Of a DNA stretch of 64,000 nucleotides, positions 58,232 to 64,000 are shown piece after piece (the stretch's first letter is position 1; the number at the start of each line of letters is the position of its first letter). A program made the position numbers and the translations under genes. The DNA lies in the NCBI GenBank assembly GCA_013001595.1, contig JABDMH010000075.1, positions 12,193 through 76,192 on the forward strand, given 5' to 3'. Source of the DNA: Saprospiraceae bacterium (GTDB lineage Bacteria > Bacteroidota > Bacteroidia > Chitinophagales > Saprospiraceae). The notes beneath the pieces are model-generated. The model made no database searches. It had not been told where the DNA came from and worked only from the letters and a program-made list of their open reading frames with translations.

Positions 58232-59725
58232 TTACTGACTAATAATCTTTATTTCCGTGCGCCTATTTTTCACTCTTCCTTCTTCGGTATCATTAGAATC
58301 AATTGGATTGCTTTGTCCATAGCCAACAGCTATGATTCTTTCTCCATCCAAACCCTGAGCTATATAATTAAACACAGCATCGGCTCTTTGTTGCGATAAG
58401 ACCTGATTTCCTTCAGGATCACCAGTATTATCCGTATGTCCACTGATCTCCAATACTACCGAAGGATTGGCCTGCATGGCTACCTTGATGTTGTCCAGCT
58501 CATATTGTGAAAGTGGGGTCAATTGGGCAGATCCAGTTTCAAAATACACATGCTCGAGCTGGATTATTTTTTCATCTGGATTTTCTGCTTCTAAGGCAGT
58601 TTCAAAGGCTTCTTCAAAAGCAACGTTACGCTCATCAATTTCAAACTGAAGCAATTGATCTGCAAATGGATCCTCCTTAGTTCCTCGAACCGAGCCTAGA
58701 TAATAGGAGTTCTGCTCCCGTAACCAGGCATCATACTCTGCTTGCTCTAGAATGATTACTCGCTTTCGCATGCTATAGTGCCCTGATCCACATAATTCTG
58801 CACACGCCAATTCAAAATCAAACTGCTCCCATTTCTCGGGACCATTAGGATCTGTGGGATCTGCGGGCACCTGATATTCAGGATACTCTGCGAGTTGCTC
58901 TCGATATTCTTCAGTGGTTATGGTTGGAGTGAAGACGAAAAAAGTGGGTAAGCCAGGAACTGCATCCATCTTCAATCGAAAATGGGGTAAGTAAAAATCA
59001 TGCAATACATCCCTCGCTGTTATTCTTACTCGCACTTTTTTATTCACTGGTAGCACCAAGTCCGTTGGTTGAATGTCATCTAAGTTTTTAATATCGGTCC
59101 AATCCTGACCAAGCGGATTTATACTATTAATCTTTCGAAAATCCCTACTCCCAAGTTTTCCATCTTCTCCCGGATAGCGTAAGATCCATGCAAACTGGTA
59201 TCCCGTTGCTTCAATTTCCATATAATCCTCATCCGGATCTACATCCGCCATCACATCGTTCCAAGCTATCAGCCCATTGATAACTAGTGCGAACATGGCA
59301 AAGGCAGGAATAGCTGTCCAAATAATCTCCAATTTATTGTCATGAGGCATGAAGGTAGCCTTCTGTCCTACTCGATAGCTGTACTTGTATCCAAAGTAAA
59401 ATAGGGCAATATGGGTAATCACAAAGACAATTCCAGTGATGGCCAATGTCACATTAAACAATCGATCCAGGCTAGGACCATGCTCAGATGCGGCAGTATG
59501 CGGTCCATATCCCAGCATATAGTTTTTGTACAAATAGGCAGAGACAATAGTGCCAAACAAGAACAAAACCATAAAAATCAGTAAGTACCTTGACTGCTTT
59601 CTACTGCTACTCAACAGTGCTTGCTCCTCACCCCTAATGGTTTTAGCGATTTCATTAATTCTACTGATCTGGATAATGATGATGGCCAGAAGAATAAAGG
59701 CTAGTACAATTATTAATAGTGTCAT
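58232..59725 (-). CDS. coxB: Cytochrome c oxidase subunit II fused to a C-terminal OmpA-type peptidoglycan-binding domain
   Basis: Two N-terminal TM helices and a cupredoxin domain with CuA ligands (H242; C308, C312, H316, M319 in ELACAELCGSGHYSM). An acidic linker follows, then aa ~388-497 (nt ~58235-58564): VYFETGSAQL...ISGHTDNTGDPEGNQVLSQQRADAV...GYGQSNPI...NRRTEIKI, a full OmpA_C-like motif set. There is no CxxCH in the ORF. Confidence 0.85.
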   Translation of the reverse strand: MTLLIIVLAFILLAIIIIQISRINEIAKTIRGEEQALLSSSRKQSRYLLIFMVLFLFGTIVSAYLYKNYMLGYGPHTAASEHGPSLDRLFNVTLAITGIVFVITHIALFYFGYKYSYRVGQKATFMPHDNKLEIIWTAIPAFAMFALVINGLIAWNDVMADVDPDEDYMEIEATGYQFAWILRYPGEDGKLGSRDFRKINSINPLGQDWTDIKNLDDIQPTDLVLPVNKKVRVRITARDVLHDFYLPHFRLKMDAVPGLPTFFVFTPTITTEEYREQLAEYPEYQVPADPTDPNGPEKWEQFDFELACAELCGSGHYSMRKRVIILEQAEYDAWLREQNSYYLGSVRGTKEDPFADQLLQFEIDERNVAFEEAFETALEAENPDEKIIQLEHVYFETGSAQLTPLSQYELDNIKVAMQANPSVVLEISGHTDNTGDPEGNQVLSQQRADAVFNYIAQGLDGERIIAVGYGQSNPIDSNDTEEGRVKNRRTEIKIISQ

Positions 59726-59748
59726 TACTACTCGCTTCTAAAAGTTTT

Positions 59749-61068
59749 TTAAACAACGTGATGATGCAAACTTTCATCTATATATGGATCTCGCTCCGGA
59801 ACTAGAGGAGCCTGCTCTAGCTGACGCATAAAAAAGAAAACAAAAAGAGCCGCAAAACCTAGGAAGGTCCCGACCTCCAACAAGCCGGGGAGAGAGAATC
59901 CAGAAACAAAGTTACTGGCATGTTCAGCGTGTGCTTGCGCATCTGCTGCTACTTGGTGCCCTACCGGTATCGCTTCAGCAGCCCCCATCAAAGCACTATG
60001 CCCACCATGTCCCAACAACTCATGAGCTGTATGAAGAACGCCCGGCTTAATCATTAAGAAATAATCAACCCAGTGACCAAATAATACAATGGAACAAATC
60101 ACCGCCATTACACCCATCTTTCTCTTAGTATCGTTTCGCAGTAGCACAAAGAATGGCAATACAAAATTAACGATGAGATTTCCGTAAAATAATACGGGAT
60201 ATTGCTCGAGTCTCTGATGAAAATAAATGGTTTCTTCACCAATGTTGCCATACCAAATAAGCATGTACTGAGAAAACCAGAGATAGGTCCAGAATACACT
60301 AAATCCAAAAACGTATTTGCCCAGGTCATGAAAGTGGTTAGCATCCACCTGCTCATAAAAACCCCTACTCTTGAGATAAATCAGGGTCAGTACTGTAATG
60401 CAGAGCATGGAAACAAACCAACTGATGGTGCAATACCAGGCAAATAAGGTACTGTACCAATGAGCATCAATCGACATTATCCACTGCCAAATGACCGCAG
60501 CACTGGTAAAACCTCCAATGGGTAGAAACCAAGATGCCCAGGTTTTCATCTTTTTCTTATGAATGCTGAAATCATATTTGGCTACCCCATCTTCTTCGAT
60601 AGATAGTGCTCGCATTTTGGTCGCAAAAAAGTACCAGACACCGACAACGATGATAGAAAATATAGTATACATCACCGGGTTAAGGAAACCGCTTTTGCCT
60701 TCGAGAATCTCATCGTTGGCTACAGATTCTGCATCTGCCCAATGGTATAAATGATGTGCATGAAACCATACCCCTATCACTACCACTGTCATCAAAATGA
60801 TACCTACCAATAAAAACTGAGCATATGCTTCCCACAATCTTTTGAAAACTACATGCCAACCAGAAAGAGCAATCACATTTGCACACAAGAACATCAATGC
60901 GAGAAAAGCAATACCTGTAAAGAAAACGCTGTTGTGCAAGAAGTTACTCCAAAACCTGGAGTGAAATTCATCGTCCACTATAAAAGTAATACCCATACAT
61001 ACGAGACCGAGGATCATAAAGGAAAATAATATTGTCCTTTCTCGACCTACAAGCGTAAATTGGTTCAT
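59749..61068 (-). CDS. actF: Alternative complex III subunit ActF (quinol:cytochrome c oxidoreductase membrane subunit)
   Basis: 439-aa polytopic NrfD-like protein positioned after actE and 23 nt before coxII. The assignment rests on the conserved actABCDEF order. Confidence 0.75.
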   Translation of the reverse strand: MNQFTLVGRERTILFSFMILGLVCMGITFIVDDEFHSRFWSNFLHNSVFFTGIAFLALMFLCANVIALSGWHVVFKRLWEAYAQFLLVGIILMTVVVIGVWFHAHHLYHWADAESVANDEILEGKSGFLNPVMYTIFSIIVVGVWYFFATKMRALSIEEDGVAKYDFSIHKKKMKTWASWFLPIGGFTSAAVIWQWIMSIDAHWYSTLFAWYCTISWFVSMLCITVLTLIYLKSRGFYEQVDANHFHDLGKYVFGFSVFWTYLWFSQYMLIWYGNIGEETIYFHQRLEQYPVLFYGNLIVNFVLPFFVLLRNDTKRKMGVMAVICSIVLFGHWVDYFLMIKPGVLHTAHELLGHGGHSALMGAAEAIPVGHQVAADAQAHAEHASNFVSGFSLPGLLEVGTFLGFAALFVFFFMRQLEQAPLVPERDPYIDESLHHHVV

Positions 61069-61091
61069 CAGCTCTCTATTAATTTTATTAT

Positions 61092-61937
61092 TTAATGGTC
61101 TTGTGCTGGCGCAGTTTCGTCGGCGTCGTCCATTTTCTGTTCTCCGTCCATCATGCCTTCGTGTGGCACTTCATCCATCATAGCCGTAGCCTCTTTAGAC
61201 CAATCTGCCAATGCGACAGCAGAGCTATTTAAGGTATTTCCCTCCTCGTCATATTGTAGCTTCTCATTTTTCGCTTGCAATGCTCGTATGTAATGTATGA
61301 CTTGCCATCGTTCTTCATAAGATAATTTATCTGCATAGCTTCCCATCACATTCTTACCATGCATGATGGAGTGATAATAACGCCCCTCTGAAGCAGCGAC
61401 TAATTCGGGCAGCAAAAAATTGGCAGGAGCGGCAGGATAAACGCCGCCATCGTCACGGACAAGATATCCAAGTCCATCACCAGCTTCACCGTGGCATATT
61501 CCACAAAAAATGTCATATAATTTCTTTCCTGATGCTAGTCCGGCAGAGGAGATGGGAAAAGGATTAGAGCGAATTTCCTCACCTGCCCTGGTCCGCTCTT
61601 CCTCAGTATCCTCATAATAATAGGGTACATGACCACTGATTGGCATGGCATCAAAATGGCGCATATCCACATCTGTCATACTTTGATGCATACCTGCATA
61701 TCCCCTGGGAATGGTCCCCTTGACAGGAAGTCTCGGCATGGCATATTGCTTATATGTATCCTCATCGCCCCAGGTGTTATAATAATAGTAATCGTATAGA
61801 TTGGCTTCATAGGCAGTGGAATGGAACATATCTGGCATAAATTCATGTCCCGGATCTTCGCCGCCTGCAGGACTACAGGATGACAATAACACAATCACCA
61901 CAATTAGTAAACCCGTATAGAATATTTCTCTCATCAT
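61092..61937 (-). CDS. actE: Alternative complex III monoheme cytochrome c subunit ActE (lipoprotein-like leader)
   Basis: Leader ...VLLSSCSPAGG, a single heme motif CGICH, and a downstream Met region (HSIMHGKNVMGSY). Confidence 0.8.
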   Translation of the reverse strand: MMREIFYTGLLIVVIVLLSSCSPAGGEDPGHEFMPDMFHSTAYEANLYDYYYYNTWGDEDTYKQYAMPRLPVKGTIPRGYAGMHQSMTDVDMRHFDAMPISGHVPYYYEDTEEERTRAGEEIRSNPFPISSAGLASGKKLYDIFCGICHGEAGDGLGYLVRDDGGVYPAAPANFLLPELVAASEGRYYHSIMHGKNVMGSYADKLSYEERWQVIHYIRALQAKNEKLQYDEEGNTLNSSAVALADWSKEATAMMDEVPHEGMMDGEQKMDDADETAPAQDH

Positions 61938-61946
61938 TAGCTGATT

Positions 61947-62471
61947 TTAAATGGTCTTAGTCTTGACCTCAGAGGCTCCAGTCTCCCTAAAGAATTGTTG
62001 ATACACATCCACCCTATCCACAGCCGTGTCGGTCACATCAAAAGCCACGCAAAACTTGTCATCGGTTATTCTATCATCCAAAACGGGGTTGCTAACTCCT
62101 GGCCCCTGGCCATTGACCGCATAGTACGTGACGACCATACCAATACTCGCGAACAAAACTGTCAACTCAAATATGATGGGAATAAAAGCTGGGACGGACC
62201 AGTATGGTTTACCCCCAAAAATTATCGGCCAATCCCGGGTAAAAACCCAAGTCATAAATAAGAATGCGGTCAAAGTACCAATTAAACCAAACACAAAACC
62301 GGCCTGATGTATCCGCGATTCGCTCAATCCCAAGATGGGATCAAGACCATGTACTGGAAACGGACTATACACGTCCATGATGTCTAAGTGTGCTGTTCTG
62401 GCATTCTTAACAGCCGTCAACAAGACTTCTTCATCATCATACAGTCCAAATAATACTTCTTTATTTTTCAT
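61947..62471 (-). CDS. actD: Alternative complex III subunit ActD (DUF3341)
   Basis: LFGLYDDEEVLLTAVKNARTAHLDIMDVYSPFPVHGLDPILGL followed by two TM segments is the typical DUF3341/ActD layout. Confidence 0.8.
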   Translation of the reverse strand: MKNKEVLFGLYDDEEVLLTAVKNARTAHLDIMDVYSPFPVHGLDPILGLSESRIHQAGFVFGLIGTLTAFLFMTWVFTRDWPIIFGGKPYWSVPAFIPIIFELTVLFASIGMVVTYYAVNGQGPGVSNPVLDDRITDDKFCVAFDVTDTAVDRVDVYQQFFRETGASEVKTKTI

Positions 62472-62509
62472 AACCCCAATTGGTTAATAATGCTTTTTTC
62501 AAATCTCAA

Positions 62510-63928
62510 TCAATGTCCATGCTCTAGGTGTGAGTCATGTGCTGCATGGCTTTTCTTCATTGCCTCACCAGTATATTGATCTCCTGCTGATTTCAATATT
62601 GCTTTTACCTCAGCAATGGCTACCACTGGAGCTACTCGGGTAAAAATTAAATACAGAGTAAAGAAGATGCCCAGGGTTCCTAGGAAAATTCCAATCTCTA
62701 CCCATGTTGGGCTATAATAACTCCAACTCGATGGTAAGTAGTCACGCGCCAATGTAGTAGGAATAATTACAAATCGCTCAAACCACATGCCGATGTTCAC
62801 GAAAATGGACATCAAGAAAGTTACCGTGATGTTGCGCCTCATTTTACTACTCCAGAAAATCTGAGGTGATAGTACATTACAAGACATCATACCAATATAA
62901 GCCCACCAATAGATGCCTTGAACCCTATTGAGGAAAGCAAATTGCTCGTAGATGTATCCCGAATACCACGCGATAAATAATTCAGTTAAATATGCCACAC
63001 CCACTATCGTCCCTGTGAGGAGGATAACCTTGTTCATCGAGTCGATGTGCTCAATGGTTATGTAATCTTCAAGTTTCAGAATCTTTCGGGTGATTACCAT
63101 TAAGGTTAATACCATGGCGAATCCAGAAAAAATTGCTCCTGCCACAAAGTATGGTGGGAAGATCGTGGTATGCCATCCGGGGATAACCGAAGTGGCAAAA
63201 TCAAAGGATACGATGGTGTGCACAGAAAGTACCAATGGAGTAGCTAAACCCGCCAATACCAAGGAAAGTGACTCAAATCGCTGCCAATGCTTAGCGGCAC
63301 CCGTCCATCCAAAGGATAAATAGTTGTAAAACTTCTTGCGCATACCTGAAGCCCTATCTCGAAGTGTGGCGAAGTCAGGAACCAAACCTGTATACCAAAA
63401 GAGTAAGGATACAGTAAAGTAAGTACTGATCGCGAACAAGTCCCACAGCAGCGGTGAATTAAAATTCACCCACAATGGTCCCCTCGTATTAGGGTAAGGA
63501 AAGAAATAAAACACAACCCAAATCCGTCCCACGTGAATGCCAGGGAAAAGTGCTGCACATAAAACCGCAAATATGGTCATGGCCTCTGCCGCTCTATTCA
63601 CTCCAGTACGCCATTTCTGGCGGAAAAGTAATAAGATGGCAGAGATCAGTGTCCCCGCGTGACCAATACCGATCCACCAAACGAAGTTGGTAATGTCCCA
63701 ACCCCAACCAATGGTTCGATTGAGGTTCCAAGTTCCGATTCCAAACCAAATCGTCCAGAGGATGCAAAAAATGCCAAAAGACAGTAGAGAAACTGCCACC
63801 AAAAAAGCAACTACCCATGCCACGCTCGGGGTGCGTTCTGAGGGTGCACAGATATCTTCTGTTATCTGGTGGTAATCTTTATGGCCAGTTATTAGTGGCT
63901 CGCGAATCGGTGATACAACTGCACTCAT
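62510..63928 (-). CDS. actC: Alternative complex III subunit ActC (NrfD/PsrC-like quinol-binding membrane subunit)
   Basis: 472-aa polytopic protein with WGWDITNFVWWIGIGHAGTLISAILLL, typical of the NrfD family. Confidence 0.85.
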   Translation of the reverse strand: MSAVVSPIREPLITGHKDYHQITEDICAPSERTPSVAWVVAFLVAVSLLSFGIFCILWTIWFGIGTWNLNRTIGWGWDITNFVWWIGIGHAGTLISAILLLFRQKWRTGVNRAAEAMTIFAVLCAALFPGIHVGRIWVVFYFFPYPNTRGPLWVNFNSPLLWDLFAISTYFTVSLLFWYTGLVPDFATLRDRASGMRKKFYNYLSFGWTGAAKHWQRFESLSLVLAGLATPLVLSVHTIVSFDFATSVIPGWHTTIFPPYFVAGAIFSGFAMVLTLMVITRKILKLEDYITIEHIDSMNKVILLTGTIVGVAYLTELFIAWYSGYIYEQFAFLNRVQGIYWWAYIGMMSCNVLSPQIFWSSKMRRNITVTFLMSIFVNIGMWFERFVIIPTTLARDYLPSSWSYYSPTWVEIGIFLGTLGIFFTLYLIFTRVAPVVAIAEVKAILKSAGDQYTGEAMKKSHAAHDSHLEHGH

Positions 63929-63949
63929 AGAATGTTGCTTTGTCTCTTG

Positions 63950-64000
63950 TTATGCTTCTTCTGAATTAATCTTCTCGCTCTGATTCGTAACTTTCATCAT
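63950..64000 (-). CDS. actB: C-terminal end of the upstream ACIII gene (probably actB), partial at the window edge
   Basis: The reverse strand reads ...MMKVTNQSEKINSEEA* with the stop at 63952-63950. Identity is inferred only from its position upstream of actC. Confidence 0.45.
   Translation of the reverse strand: MMKVTNQSEKINSEEA

Overview
This 64-kb chromosomal window most likely comes from a Bacteroidota genome. That call is an inference from T9SS C-terminal sorting domains, an alternative-complex-III plus aa3-oxidase operon, and the sulfatase/glycoside-hydrolase content. All family names come from reading the translations and from memory, because no searches could be run.

Layout:
- 1-12.5 kb: a secreted metalloprotease-like gene (partial), a DUF2652 cyclase-like gene, and a hexuronate-type operon on the minus strand (SDR, an Nramp-fold transporter, uxuA, and a frameshifted glycosidase-like gene). 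An EEP-family gene and a large secreted alpha/alpha-toroid-like gene follow.
- 13-18 kb: a TonB-dependent-receptor-like OMP divergently paired with a secreted 315-aa protein. A diverged ~700-bp copy of the shared 5' ends and intergenic region leaves two truncated remnants.
- 18.4-28.4 kb: a sulfatase and small detox-type genes (SRPBCC, VOC, AKR, GH29 fucosidase). Four visibly decayed genes are interspersed: two SAM methyltransferases, an alpha/beta hydrolase and a class D beta-lactamase.
- 28.8-36.4 kb: a 1548-aa HYR-repeat T9SS surface protein followed by a LuxR-type response regulator and a TPR histidine kinase.
- 36.9-43.3 kb: a GH5 gene, a SulP permease, a Crp/Fnr regulator, DUF2892 and a second sulfatase.
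- 43.3-43.8 kb: a noncoding tandem repeat.
- 43.9-51.7 kb: housekeeping-type genes (hbd-like dehydrogenase, large PIG-L deacetylase, SSF symporter, DUF423, two small OMP paralogs).
- 52-64 kb: one long minus-strand respiratory operon, running actB(partial)CDEF, coxII, coxI, cyoE, two cox3-like genes, cox4, a Cys-free protein in the SCO position, DUF420 and a small CPMCK membrane protein.

I recognised no cas genes, integrases, transposases, restriction or toxin-antitoxin modules, tRNAs or rRNAs.

The most unusual items are:
- CoxII carries a complete C-terminal OmpA-type peptidoglycan-binding domain.
- An Nramp-fold transporter lacks the canonical metal ligands and sits inside a sugar-acid operon.
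- Nonsense and frameshift lesions are clustered at 20-28 kb.
- The OMP/315-aa gene-pair promoter module is duplicated in diverged form.
- A repeat family lies at 43.3-43.8 kb, with a possible degenerate copy near 2.95 kb.
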